A stretch of 64,000 nucleotides of DNA from Eledone cirrhosa. Its lineage: Eukaryota. The stretch is from the NCBI GenBank assembly GCA_964016885.1, contig OZ024741.1, positions 15,128,001 to 15,192,000 on the forward strand. Direction: 5' to 3'. Position numbers and translations under genes: made by a program. Each line of letters opens with the position of its first letter. Positions within the stretch are counted from its first letter, which is position 1. The notes beneath the pieces were generated by a model that was given only the letters and a program-made list of their open reading frames with translations, made no database searches and had not been told where the DNA came from. Below are positions 28,430 through 42,690 of this stretch, one piece after another.

Positions 28430-28585
28430 ATTATTAGAAATGTTAGCTATCGCCGTATTTTGACTAAAGAAATTAAAGAAAATTATTTAGCCTGATAGTG
28501 GGGTTAAGAACCCTCGGAGAAATGGCTAAATAATTTCTTTAATTTCTTTAGTCAAAATACGGCGATAGCTAACATTTCTAATAAT
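28430..28585. repeat. Inverted repeat, ~62-bp arms, 31-bp spacer
   Basis: 28430-28492 versus 28524-28585 differ by one indel. Confidence 0.9.
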
Positions 28586-28726
28586 TTCAAATCCACTCGC
28601 TGTTTCGAAAATATTCTAACTCATATAAACATATATATATAAACATATATATTATATTAATATCTATGATATAACATAGAAGAAATCTACCATTATATTA
28701 TTATAAGAATATGTAAGTCTATTTAC

Positions 28727-28989
28727 TTTTCTCACGTGACTACAACTCCTCGGTAAGTTCTCGCAAGATATGCCCTGTAGAGGAAAACCTCTCACGTGAC
28801 TACAACTCCTCGGTAAGTTCTCCCAAGATATGCCCTGTAGAGGAAAACCTCTCTTGAGACAACAACTCCTCGGTAAGTTCTCGCAAGATATGCCCTGTAG
28901 AGGAAAACCTCTCACGTGACTACAACTCCTCGGTAAGTTCTCCCAAGATATGCCCTGTAGAGGAAAACCTCTCCTATGACGGTGGGAAT
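28727..28989 (-). CDS. Candidate 263-nt exon with 4 x 20-aa Cys-containing repeats, phase 1 to 0
   Basis: Acceptor tctctattttatatag, open frame DSHRHRR-(GFPLQGISW/CENLPRSCSHVR)x4-K, donor gtaaat. Confidence 0.3.
28730..28973. repeat. 60-bp tandem repeat x4
   Basis: ctcacgtgactacaactcctcggtaagttctc(g/c)caagatatgccctgtagaggaaaacct. Confidence 0.95.
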
Positions 28990-29094
28990 CTATATAAAAT
29001 AGAGATACAGAGCTTGTATTTGTTGGTGAGTTTGGTTGCTGTGAGAAGTAAAAATATTTTACGTTTGAATAAAGATTTTTTGAATGGAGTAATA

Positions 29095-29620
29095 ATAGTT
29101 TCTGATTTAGATACAAGGCCAACAATTTTGTTGGGTGGGTAAGGTTGTTTAAAACGACCCAGTGTGTTACTGGTACTTCATTTTATCAACACTATAAGGC
29201 TGAAAAGAAAAGCTAACCTCGTTATAACTGAGTAATAATGGTTTCTGATTTAGGTACAAGGCCAACAATTTTGAGAGAGGGGAAAATCGATTAAATCGGC
29301 CCAGTTTGTTACTGATACTTTATTTTATCGATCCCGTAAGGATGAAAGGCTAAGTTAACCTCGGTGGGATTTGAACACAGAACGTAAAGGGCCATAACTC
29401 TATGCGTCAAAGCATGGCGTCCAACCCTCTACCGATACTGCCAATTCACCGCTCCAGCGAAGTGGCGCAATTGTTAGAATATCTGTTAGAATACTTTATA
29501 TTATTCAGTCCCTCTCTCAGTGCTCCTCGCCCCGAGTTCTAATCCCTCGAGGTTAACTTTCACTTGTATCCTTTCAAAATCAACAAAGTACCAGTGCAGT
29601 TCTGGGGTCGAGCCTACCTC
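29095..29620. mobile_element. SINE cluster (two minus-strand copies and one plus-strand copy)
   Basis: Repeated gatttag.tacaaggccaacaatttt...actg.tactt.attttatc cores. Divergent plus copy gagttctaatccc...aagtaccagt. Confidence 0.65.
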
Positions 29621-29730
29621 TATCTGTAATCCTCACTCTATCTCTCTCTTGTCTCCTATATTCTCTGGAAGAAATAGGCTTTTGAGACAAGTATTAGTCT
29701 TATCAGGGTGTCATAGTTTCATTCTTCTTC

Positions 29731-30630
29731 TTGGTTGTAGTGTTGGTTGTAGTGTTGGTTGTAGTGTTGGTTGTAGTGTTGGTGTAGTGGTAGTGGCTGT
29801 AGTGTTGGTTGTAGTGTTGGTTGTAGTGTTGGTTGTAGTGTTGGTGTAGTGGTGTTGGTTGTAGTGTTGATTGTAGCGTTGGTGTAGTGGTGTTGGTTGT
29901 AGTACTGTTGGTTGTACTGTTGGTTGTAGTGGTGTTGGTGTAGTGTTGGTTGTAGTGTTGGTGTAGTGGTAGTGGCTGTAGTGTTGGTTGTTATATTGGT
30001 TGTAGTGTTGGTGTAGTGGTGTTGGTTGTAGTGTTGGTATAGTGGTGTTGGTTGTAGTGTTGATTTAGTGGTGTTGGTTGTAGTGTTGGTTTAGTGGTGT
30101 TGGCTGTAGTGTTGGTTCTAGTATTGGTTGGAGTGTTGGTTGTAGTGTTGATGGTTGTAGTGTTGGTTTAGTGCTGTTGGTTGTAGTGTTGATTGTAGTG
30201 GTGCTGGATGTAGTGTTGGTTTAGTGGTGTTGGCTGTAGTGTTGGTTGTAGTATTGGTGTAGTGTTGGTTGTAGTGTTGGTTGTAGTGTTGGTTGTAGTG
30301 TTGGTTGTAGTGTTGGTGTAGTGCTGTTGGTTGTAGTGTTGGTTGTAGTGTTGGTTGTAGTGTTGGTTGCAGTGTTGCTTTAGTGGTGTTGGCTGTAGTG
30401 TTGGTTGTAGTATTGGTGTAGTGTTGGTTGTAGTGTTGGTTGTAGTGTTGGTGTAGTGATGTTAGTTGTAGTGTTGATGTAGTGGGAGTGTAGTGTTGGT
30501 GTAGTGGTGTTGGTTGTAGTGTTGATGTAGTGGTGTTCGCTGCAGTGGTGTTGGTTGTAGTGTTGATGTAGCGTTGGTGTAGTGTTGGTGTAGTGTCGGT
30601 GTAGTGGTGGTGGTGGTGGTGGTGGTGGTA
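29731..30630. repeat. Degenerate 11/12-bp (ttggttgtagtg) minisatellite
   Basis: Read directly from the sequence; unit lengths are mixed. Confidence 0.9.
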
Positions 30631-30742
30631 ATGCTCCAGCTGCTGTTATTGTTGATGATGTTGTTGATGTTGTTGTAGGCGACCTCTGCATGACTGCCAA
30701 TGTAAATAACTGTAACATTTGGAGATAGCGGAGGAATAATGT

Positions 30743-30782
<40 letters not shown>

Positions 30783-30949
30783 TAATTAACAACAACAAAA
30801 ACAACAACATCAGCATTATGAACAACAATAAAAGCTAAAACCTTGAGTTATAGTGAAGTAACCAGAATTACTTGGAAAATATATGGAATTACATATGATA
30901 ATGATGGAACACGTGTGTTTGTATACTTCGGTATATCTCTATCTAAACA

Positions 30950-31006
<57 letters not shown>

Positions 31007-31127
31007 GGATATATATATATATATATACTATGTGTGTGTACGTGAGCGTGCCTAAGCGTGCACACACACACACACACACACATATATATACACATACACA
31101 CAGTTTACGAAAGTCACCAGAGTTATT

Positions 31128-31193
<66 letters not shown>

Positions 31194-31694
31194 TGTGTCT
31201 ATGTGTATGTAAATACATATTTATATGTCGTTTATGGGTCAGACTTAATGCATTTGTTCGTGCTCCCTACTCTCTGAGTTCAAATCCCGACAGGGTCTCG
31301 GGATCACTATATCCATTGCTGATACTATCTGTCTGTCACAAACTGATAAGTCCAATGCCTTCTGTCCTAACTAATACCGCTCTTTTCTGACTTATCTGGC
31401 GAGAATTTAATATTCAGTGTCTCTGCTTTGTACATATGTCTCTGTACGACATATAAAAGGTGGCGATGTTTGTTGACTTGCCTTGCTTTATTCTGTAGAA
31501 TGGTGTATATCCGTGTAGATATCTTATAGTATTTCCAACTCCAACAGTAACGTAACCCAGGTGAACTTAGCCAGTCGATAAACTGAGATCCGTAAAATGA
31601 GTGCCAGACTAAATTGCTGGAATGGATAAACCAGTAAAGTCGAATAATTATTTTATTAAGTTTACATGTTTGATATTTATTGAACCAAGAGGGT

Positions 31695-31842
31695 GTGTGT
31701 TTGGCAGAATCGGTAGCGCGTTGGATAAATATTTTGGGGCATTTAGTTACGATTCAATACGTTCCAAGTTCAAATCCTGCCGTGATCAACACTTCGCCTT
31801 TCATCCCCCAGGGTCAATAATATAAAATACCAGTCAAGTACT
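31695..31842 (+). mobile_element. tRNA-derived SINE
   Basis: tggcagaatcggtag head, gttcaaatcc B-box, gcctttcatccc...ataccagtc core. Confidence 0.7.
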
Positions 31843-31899
31843 CTAAAGTTTATCTCGAGTCCGTAGACTCATCAAGCCCATGTTTATCCCAACCTTCGT

Positions 31900-32115
31900 G
31901 AAGTTACTCAGAGAACAAGACTCAACCCTGGACAGGACACCAATCCATCGCAGGTTTAAACCCCCTGCTACTACTGGTACTTATTTTCAGCTAAATATAC
32001 TGGAGCATCATAAAATGAAGTGTTTTACTTAAGAACATAACACACAACCCGGACCAGGAATCGAACCCACGATATTACGATCATAAGTCCAACACCCTTA
32101 CCACTAGACCAGACG
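31900..32115 (-). mobile_element. tRNA-derived SINE, second family
   Basis: Reverse complement ggtctagtggtaagggtgttggac...gggttcgattcct is homologous to 50985-51250. Confidence 0.75.
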
Positions 32116-32249
32116 ACTTCACAAGAGTCAAATATTGAAGTTGTTCAGTTAATCCAATTCCCCAGACACCACGGCTACAATAAATGGCGTTGTTTTGAAT
32201 TAGAACAACCAATTATTGAACCAAGGGTGGTAGTAGTTTGGTAAAGGCG

Positions 32250-35200
32250 GCACAATCTCCCACAAATCCCACAATACTGGAAGTGACACAATTTCCCTCA
32301 AATCCCACAATACTGGAAGTGACCCAATCTCCCTCAAATCCCACAAAATTGGAAGTGACACAATATCTCCCTCAAATCCCACAATACTGGAGAGGACACA
32401 ATATCTCCCACAAATCCCACATAACTGGAAGTGACACAATATCTCCCTTAAATCCCACAATACTGGAAGTGACACAATATCTCCCTCAAATCCCACAATA
32501 TTGGAAGTGACCCAATCTCACTCAAATCCCACAATATTGGAGGTAACCCAATCTCCCTCAAATCCCACAATATTGGAAGTGACCCAATGTCCCTTAAATC
32601 CCACAATATTGGAAGTGACCCAATCTCCCTCAAATCCCACAATATTGGAAGTGACCCAATCTCCCTCAAATCCCACAATATTGGAGGTAACCCAATCTCC
32701 CTCAAATCCCACAAATTGGAAGTGACCCAATGTCCCTTAAATCCCACAATATTGGAAGTGACCCAATCTCACTCAAATCCAACAATATTGGAAGTGACCC
32801 AATCTCCCTCAAATCCCACAATATTGGAAGTGACCCAATGTCCCTTAAATCCCACAATATTGGAAGTGACCCAATCTCCCTCAAATCCCACAATATTGGA
32901 GGTAACCCAATCTCCCTCAAATCCCACAATATTGGAAGTGACCCAATGTCCCTTGAATCCCACAATATTGGAAGTGACCCAATCTCCCTCAAATCCCACA
33001 ATATTGGAAGTGACCCAATCTCCCTCAAATCCCACAATATTGGAAGTGACCGAATGTCCCTTAAATCCCACAATATTGGAAGTGACCCAATCTCCCTCAA
33101 ATCCCACAATATTGGAAGTGACCCAATCTCCCTCAAATCCCACAATATTGGAAGTGACCCAATCTCCCTCAAATCCCACAATATTGGAAGTGACCCAATG
33201 TCCCTTAAATCCCACAATATTGGAAGTGACCCAATGTCCCTTAAATCCCACAATATTGGAAGTGACCCAATCTCCCTCAAATCCCACAATATTGGAGGTA
33301 ACCCAATCTCCCTCAAATCCCACAATATTGGAAGTGACCCAATGTCCCTTAAATCCCACAATATTGGAAGTGACCCAATGTCCCTCAAATCCCACAATAT
33401 TGGAAGTGACCCAATCTCCCTCAAATCCCACAATATTGGAAGTGACCCAATGTCCCTTAAATCCCACAATATTGGAAGTGACCCAATGTCTCTTAAATCC
33501 CACAATATTGGAAGTGACCCAATCTCCCTCAAGTCCCACAATATTGGAAGTGACCCAATCTCCCTCAAATCCCACAATATTGGAAGTGACCCAATGTCCC
33601 TTAAATCCCACAATATTGGAAGTGACCCAATGTCCCTTAAATCCCACAATATTGGAAGTGACCCAATCTCCCTCAAATCCCACAATATTGGAGGTAACCC
33701 AATCTCCCTCAAATCCCACAATATTGGAAGTGACCCAATGTCCCTTAAATCCCACAATATTGGAAGTGACCCAATGTCCCTCAAATCCCACAATATTGGA
33801 AGTGACCCAATCTCCCTCAAATCCCACAATATTGGAAGTGACCCAATCTCCCTCAAATCCCACAATATTGGAAGTGACCCAATGTCCCTTAAATCCCACA
33901 ATATTGGAAGTGACCCAATCTCCCTCAAATCCCACAATATTGGAGGTAACCCAATCTCCCTCAAATCCCACAATATTGGAAGTGACCCAATGTCCCTTAA
34001 ATCCCACAATATTGGAAGTGACCCAATGTCCCTCAAATCCCACAATATTGGAAGTGACCCAATCTCTCTCAAGTCCCACAATATTGGAAGTGACCCAATC
34101 TCCCTCAAATCTCACAATATTGGAAGTGACCCGATGTCCCTTAAATCCAACAATATTGGAAGTGACCCAATGTCCCTCAAATCCCACAATATGGGAAGTG
34201 ACCCAATCTCCCTCAAATCCCACAATATTGGAAGTGACCCAATCTCCCTCAAATCCCACAATATTGGAAGTGACCCAATGTCCCTTAAATCCCACAATAT
34301 TGGAAGTGACCCAATGTCCCTTAAATCCCACAATATTGGAAGTGACCCAATCTCCCTCAAATCCCACAATATTGGAGGTAACCCAATCTCCCTCAAATCC
34401 CACAATATTGGAAGTGACCCAATGTCCCTTAAATCCCACAATATTGGAAGTGATCCAATGTCCCTTAAATCCCATAATATTGGAAGTGACCCAATGTCCC
34501 TTAAATCCCACAATATTGGAAGTGACCCAATGTCCCTTAAATCCCACAATATTGGAAGTGACCCAATCTCCCTCAAATCCCACAATATTGGAGGTAACCC
34601 AATCTCCCTCAAATCCCACAATATTGGAAGTGACCCAATGTCCCTTAAATCCCACAATATTGGAAGTGACCCAATGTCCCTCAAATCCCACAATATTGGA
34701 AGTGACCCAATCTCCCTCAAATCCCACAATATTGGAAGTGACCCAATCTCCCTCAAATCCCACAATATTGGAAGTGACCCAATGTCCCTTAAATCCCACA
34801 ATATTGGAAGTGACCCAATCTCCCTCAAATCCCACAATATTGGAGGTAACCCAATCTCCCTCAAATCCCACAATATTGGAAGTGACCCAATGTCCCTTAA
34901 ATCCCACAATATTGGAAGTGACCCAATGTCCCTCAAATCCCACAATATTGGAAGTGACCCAATCTCTCTCAAGTCCCACAATATTGGAAGTGACCCAATC
35001 TCCCTCAAATCCCACAATATTGGAAGTGACCCAATGTCCCTCAAATCCCACAATATTGGAAGTGACCCAATCTCCCTCAAATCCCACAATATTGGAAGTG
35101 ACCCAATGTCCCTTAAATCCCACAATATTGGAAGTGACCCAATGTCCCTTAAATCCCACAATATGGGAAGTGACCCAATCTCCCTCAAATCCCACAATAT

Positions 35201-38200
35201 TGGAAGTGACCCAATCTCCCTCAAATCCCACAATATTGGAAGTGACCCAATGTCCCTTAAATCCCACAATATTGGAAGTGACCCAATGTCCCTTAAATCC
35301 CACAATATTGGAAGTGACCCAATCTCCCTCAAATCCCACAATATTGGAGGTAACCCAATCTCCCTCAAATCCCACAATATTGGAAGTGACCCAATGTCCC
35401 TTAAATCCCACAATATTGGAAGTGATCCAATGTCCCTTAAATCCCATAATATTGGAAGTGACCCAATGTCCCTTAAATCCCACAATATTGGAAGTGACCC
35501 AATCTCCCTCAAATCCCACAATATTGGAGGTAACCCAATCTCCCTCAAATCCCACAATATTGGAAGTGACCCAATGTCCCTTAAATCCCACAATATTGGA
35601 AGTGGCCCAATGTCCTTTAAATCCCACAATATTGGAAGTGACCCAATCTCCCTCAAATCCCACAATATTGGAGGTAACCCAATCTCCCTCAAATCCCACA
35701 ATATTGGAAGTGACCCAATGTCCCTTAAATCCCACAATATTGGAAGTGACCCAATGTCCCTCAAATCCCACAATATTGGAAGTGACCCAATCTCCCTCAA
35801 ATCCCACAATATTGGAAGTGACCCAATGTCCCTTAAATCCTACAATATTGGAAGTGACCCAATGTCCCTTAAATCCCACAATATTGGAAGTGACCCAATC
35901 TCCCTCAAATCCCACAATATTGGAAGTGACCCAATCTCCCTCAAATCCCACAATATTGGAAGTGACCCAATGTCCCTTAAATCCCACAATATTATAAGTG
36001 ACCCAATGTCCCTTAAATCCCACAATATTGGAAGTGACCCAATCTCCCTCAAATCCCACAATATTGGAGGTAACCCAATCTCCCTCAAATCCCACAATAT
36101 TGGAAGTGACCCAATGTCCCTTAAATCCCACAATATTGGAAGTGACCCAATGTCCCTTAAATCCCACAATATTGGAAGTGACCCAATGTCCCTTAAATCC
36201 CACAATATTGGAAGTGACCCAATCTCCCTCAAATCCCACAATATTGGAAGTGACCCAATCTCCCTCAAATCCCACAATATTGGAAGTGACCCAATGTCCC
36301 TTAAATCCCACAATATTGGAAGTGACCCAATGTCCCTTAAATCCCACAATATTGGAAGTGACCCAATCTCCCTCAAATCCCACAATATTGGAGGTAACCC
36401 AATCTCCCTCAAATCCCACAATATTGGAAGTGACCCAATGTCCCTTAAATCCCACAATATTGGAAGTGACCCAATGTCCCTCAAATCCCACAATATTGGA
36501 AGTGACCCAATCTCCCTCAAATCCCACAATATTGGAAGTGACCCAATGTCCCTTAAATCCCACAATATTGGAAGTGACCCAATGTCCCTTAAATCCCACA
36601 ATATTGGAAGTGACACAATCTCCCTCAAATCCCACAATATTGGAAGTGACCCAATCTCCCTCAAATCCCACAATATTGGAAGTGACCCAATGTCCCTTAA
36701 ATCCCACAATATTGGAAGTGACCCAATGTCCCTTAAATCCCACAATATTGGAAGTGACCCAATGTCCCTTAAATCCCACAATATTGGAAGTGACCCAAAG
36801 TCCCTTAAATCCCACAATATTGGAAGTGACCCAATCTCCCTCAAATCCCACAATATTGGAAGTGACCCAATGTCCCTTAAATCCCACAATATTGGAAGTG
36901 ACCCAATGTCCCTTAAATCCCACAATATTGGAAGTGACCCGATGTCCCTTAAATCCCACAATATTGGAAGTGACCCAATGTCCCTTAAATCCCACAATAT
37001 TGGAAGTGACCCAATGTCCCTCAAATCCCACAATATTGGAAGTGACCCAATCTCCCTCAAATCCTACAATATTGGAAGTGACCCAATGTCCCTCAAATCC
37101 CACAATATTGGAAGTGACCCAATCTCCCTTAAATCCCACAATATTGGAAGTGACCCAATCTCCCTCAAATCCCACAATATTGGAAGTGACCCAATCTCCC
37201 TCAAATCCCACAATATTGGAGGTAACCCAATCTCCCTCAAATCCCACAATATTGGAAGTGACCCAATGTGCCTCAAATCCCACAATATTGGAAGTGACCC
37301 AATCTCCCTCAAATCCCACAATATTGGAAGTGACCCAATGTCCCTTAAATCCCACAATATTGGAAGTGACCCAATGTCCCTTAAATCCCATAATATTGGA
37401 AGTGACCCAATGTCCCTTAAATCCCACAATATTGGAAGTGACTCAATCTCCCTCAGGTTCCCACAATATTGGAAGTGACCCAATCTCCCTCAAATCCCAC
37501 AATATTGGAAGTGACCCAATGTCCCTTAAATCCCACAATATTGGAAGTGACCCAATGTCCCTCAAATCCCACAATATTGGAAGTGACCCAATGTCCCTTA
37601 AATCCCACAATATTGGAAATGACCCAATGTCCCTTAAATCCCACAATATTGGAAGTGACCCAATCTCCCTCAAATCCCACAATATTGGAAGTGACCCAAT
37701 CTCCCTCAAATCCCACAATTTTGGAAGTGACCCAATGTGCCTCAAATCCCACAATATTGGAGGTAACCCAATCTCCCTCAAATCCCACAATATTGGAAGT
37801 GACCCAATGTCCCTTAAATCCCACAATATTGGAAGTGACCCAATGTCCCTCAAATCCCACAATATTGGAAGTGACCCAATCTCCCTTAAATCCCACAATA
37901 TTGGAAGTGACCCAATGTCCCTTAAATCCCACAATATTGGAAGTGACCCAATGTCCCTTAAATCCCACAATATTGGAAGTGACCCAATCTCCCTCAAATC
38001 CCACAATATTGGAAGTGACCCAATCTCCCTCAAATCCCACAATATTGGAAGTGACCCAATCTCCCTCAAATCCCACAATATTGGAAGTGACCCAATGTCC
38101 CTTAAATCCCACAATATTGGAAGTGACCCAATCTCCCTCAAATCCCACAATATTGGAAGTGACCCAATCTCCCTCAAATCCCACAATATTGGAAGTGACC

Positions 38201-38970
38201 CAATGTCCCTTAAATCCCACAATATTGGAGGTAACCCAATCTCCCTCAAATCCCACAATATTGGAAGTGACCCAATCTCCCTCAAATCCCACAATATTGG
38301 AAGTGACCCAATGTCCCTTAAATCCCACAATATTGGAAGTGACCCAATCTCCCTCAAATCCCACAATATTGGAAGTGACCCAATCTCCCTCAAATCCCAC
38401 AATATTGGAAGTGACCCAATGTCCCTCAAATCCCACAATATTGGAAGTGACCCAATCTCCCTCAAATCCCACAATATTGGAAGTGACCCAATGTCCCTTA
38501 AATCCCACAATATTGGAAGTGACCCAATCTCCCTCAAATCCCACAATATTGGAAGTGACCCAATCTCCCTCAAATCCCACAATATTGGAAGTGACCCAAT
38601 GTGCCTCAAATCCCACAATATTGGAAGTGACCCAATCTCCCTCAAATCCCACAATATTGGAAGTGACCCAATGTGCCTCAAATCCCACAATATTGGAGGT
38701 AACCCAATCTCCCTCAAATCCCACAATATTGAAAGTGACCCAATGTCCCTTAAATCCCACAATATTGGAAGTGACCCAATGTCCCTCAAATCCCACAATA
38801 TTGGAAGTGACCCAATCTCCCTCAAATCCCACAATATTAGAAGTGACACAATATCTCTCAAATCCCACAATATTGGAAGTGATCTAATCTCCCTCAAATC
38901 CCACAATATTGGAAGTGACACCCCCACCCCACAATACTGGAAGTGACACAATCTCTCCCACAATATTGGT
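32250..38970. repeat. 36-bp satellite/minisatellite array, ~6.7 kb (about 185 units)
   Basis: Consensus aatattggaagtgacccaat(ctccctc/gtccctt)aaatcccac with diverged units at both edges. Confidence 0.97.
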
Positions 38971-39103
38971 ACAGCTGGAACGGTTCCGAATGGAACACGC
39001 TCCATCATACATCTGCTGAATCAGTTTTAACCAATGTAGATTTACACCCGAAAGACGACAACGTTTTTTTAGAATCCGTGTTGATATGTGAGTGGACATA
39101 TGA

Positions 39104-39188
<85 letters not shown>

Positions 39189-39281
39189 CGTGTGTGTGTA
39201 TGTGTGTATGTGTGTGTGTGTGTGATTGTGTGTGTTTCTATATATATATATGAATATATATATACATATATATATATACAG

Positions 39282-39348
<67 letters not shown>

Positions 39349-39670
39349 TATATATATATGTTCATGTATATATGTCTGTACATTTTATATGTTTAAATTG
39401 TCACAAATAGAAATGTCTCTATCCCTCTGTGTGTATGTGTATATGTGTGTGTGTATGTATATGTGTGTATATATGTGTGTATGTATGTGTGTGAGTAAGT
39501 ATGCGTAAGAAAGGTGATGTAGAGGCAAGTGGCGGGAGATGCGATGATTAATACCCAATCAAAAACGTCTTTGATACAGCAACACAATATAACAGCTAAT
39601 ACAAATGAGGGCGGGGAGATTTATGGTTTGTTTTTATAAGGAATAAATATGAAGAGGGCGGGCGTGGTGG

Positions 39671-39703
<33 letters not shown>

Positions 39704-39855
39704 TGTATATATATATGTATATATATATGTATATATGTATATATATATATGTATATATATATGTATATATATATATATATGTATATATATATGTATATAT
39801 ATGTATATATGTATATATATATGTATATATATATGTATATATATATGTATATATG

Positions 39856-40017
<162 letters not shown>

Positions 40018-40069
40018 TATATATCTATATATGTATATATATATATATAAATTTATACATATTTATATA

Positions 40070-40130
<61 letters not shown>

Positions 40131-40131
40131 C

Positions 40132-40171
<40 letters not shown>

Positions 40172-40490
40172 TAGAGAGATGGAGAGAGTAATGGAGAGAA
40201 TGATAGAAAAGAAGCAGAGAGAGAGAGAAGGTGGAGGAGAGACAGAGATACGGCGGAGAGGGGAGTGACAGGGGGGGGGGGGAGAAAGAGATGGTAAGAG
40301 AGATGGTGAGTGAGGCCATGGTATAACCCGTTGTTCATATAAATATGACGTATAGATAGACACATACACACACACATACACACGTAAGTATCTATATACA
40401 TAACTTATGAACATACACGTTTTATTTTTATATTCATGTGTGTACATAGTGGACACACGCATGAATAAATCACATATACAACACACCATT

Positions 40491-40530
<40 letters not shown>

Positions 40531-40750
40531 ACTGTGTGTGTATGTATGTGATATAACAAGACACATACACACTCATGTCTCTTACATATTAGAAACTAAT
40601 AACATGCGCACATGCTCATTTAAGTACATATATACACACATGAACCTAATGAGAGAGAGAAAGAAAGAGAGAGTGGAAGAGAGAGGGAGAGAGATGCAGC
40701 AATAAGATTAATTAGGAATTGTGTGATTTAGCTCTCTCTCTCTCTCTCAC

Positions 40751-40793
<43 letters not shown>

Positions 40794-40902
40794 CTCTCTC
40801 TTTCTCTCTCTCACCCATCCCTCCTTTTCAGTTGTAACAATAACAATTTCCTGCGTTTGGGATTACTACATATGTGTGTAGGATTCTATATATGTGTGTA
40901 TG

Positions 40903-40937
<35 letters not shown>

Positions 40938-41149
40938 GGGGGGGGGTGTATGTGTGGAGGTGGGTGGGGGTGTCATTAATACTGCAAAAACTGTACATCT
41001 CACCAAATTCTGCGAACTTCTCCCTTCAACTATTTCTAGTGGAAATGAAGTACGACGACAACTTCGGATATCTTCAGTCCATGGCCCTCCGATCATCACT
41101 GGTACCAGAATCTAACATTTCTTATAAAGTCTCTCCACAATTCATGATA

Positions 41150-42690
41150 TTCCATTACTCCCGGTAACTTAAGTGCTCCCTGCAGAGGTTTGTATTATCT
41201 GAGAGTTGATCGATAAAGGTTCTAACGGCTCTTTCTCTACTGTATCTCCCATGAGTTGGTTCCCTCAATAGTAGCTTCTGTATAACTTCCTGCTTACTTC
41301 TCCAGCAATGTCCTGCAAATCATAACTGTCTTTCTGTTATTGTAATTGTTATCAACACTAGCTCAAATGCTTGTGTCAAGGTTCATGTACCTGATCCATA
41401 CAACAACACTGACTCAATTTCTTGTGTCAAGGTTCATGTACCTGATCCATACAACAACACTGACTCAATTGCTTGTGTCAAGGTCCATGTGCTTGATCCA
41501 TACAACAACACTGACTCAATTTCTTGTGTCAAGGTCCATGTACCTGATCCATACAACAACACTGACTCAATTGCTTGTGTCAAGGTCCATGTGCTTGATC
41601 CATACAACAACACTGACTCAATTGCTTGTGTTAAGGTCCATGTACCTGATCCATACAGCAACACTGACTCAATTGCTTGTGTCAAGGTCCATGTACTTGA
41701 TCCATACAACAACACTGACTCAATTGCGTGTGTCAAGGTCCATGTGCTTGATCCATACAACAACACTGACTCAATTTCTTGTGTCAAGGTCCATGTACCT
41801 GATCCATACAACAACACTGACTCAATTGCTTGTGTCAAGGTCCATGTGCTTGATCCATACAACAACACTGACTCAATTGCTTGTGTTAAGGTCCATGTAC
41901 CTGATCCATACAGCAACACTGACTCAATTGCTTGTGTCAAGGTCCATGTACTTGATCCATACAACAACACTGACTCAATTGCGTGTGTCAAGGTCCATGT
42001 GCCTGATCCATACAACAACACTGACTCAATTGCTTGTGTCAATGTTCATGTACCTGATCCATACAACAACACTGACTCAATTGCTTGTGTCAAGGACCAC
42101 GTGCCTGATCCATACAACAACACTGACCCAAGTGCTTATGTCAAGGTCCATTTACCTGATCCATACAACAACACTGACTCAATTGCTTGTCATGGTCCAT
42201 GTACCTGATCCATACAACGACACTGACTCAATTGCTTGTCATGGTCCATGTACCTGATCCATACCACAACACTGGCTCAATTGCTTGTGTCAAGGTCCAT
42301 GTACCTGATCCATACAAAAACACTGACCTAAGTGCTTGTGTCATGGTCCATGTACCTGATCCACACAACAACACTGGCTCAATTGCTTGTGTCAAGGTCC
42401 ATGTACCTGACCCATACAACGACACTGACTCAATTGCTTGTGTCAAGGTCCATGTACCTGATCCATACAACAACACTGACTCAATTGCTTGTGTCAAGCT
42501 CCATGTGCCTGATCTATACAGCAACACTGACCAAATAGATGTTCTGAAGTATGATATTTTGATTATTCTGGGTAGATCTGACTTCCACATCCTTTCCATT
42601 TTGTTGATTGCAGCCCAGACTTTGGAAATTCTAAAGTCAATGTCTTTTGTTTTTATGAACTCATCCAGCTGCCCAAATATAATTTAGTAT
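41150..42690 (-). mobile_element. RTE-like LINE 3' fragment interrupted by an internal tandem expansion
   Basis: Minus strand YLGSW...WAAINKMERMWKSDLPRIIKISYFRTSIWSVLLYRSGTWSLT, then the repeats, then TITERQL*FAGHCWRSKQEVIQKLLLREPTHGR...TFIDQL. These are RTE RT C-terminal motifs. Confidence 0.85.
41352..42532. repeat. 51-bp minisatellite (~23 copies) derived from LINE RT coding sequence
   Basis: Unit ccatacaacaacactgactcaattgcttgtgtcaaggtccatgtacctgat encodes AIESVLLYGSGTWTLTQ on the minus strand. Confidence 0.95.

Noticed and set aside
32250-38970. CRISPR array or long repetitive proteins (36-bp period)
   Set aside because: Head-to-tail repeats with no unique spacers and no cas genes. The ORFs result from a stop-poor unit divisible by 3 and are broken by a stop and indels.
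38968-39094. + strand exon ending at a GTGAGT donor (YSWNGSEWNTL...)
   Set aside because: No supporting partner exons or recognisable domain; the opposite strand resembles an RT remnant.
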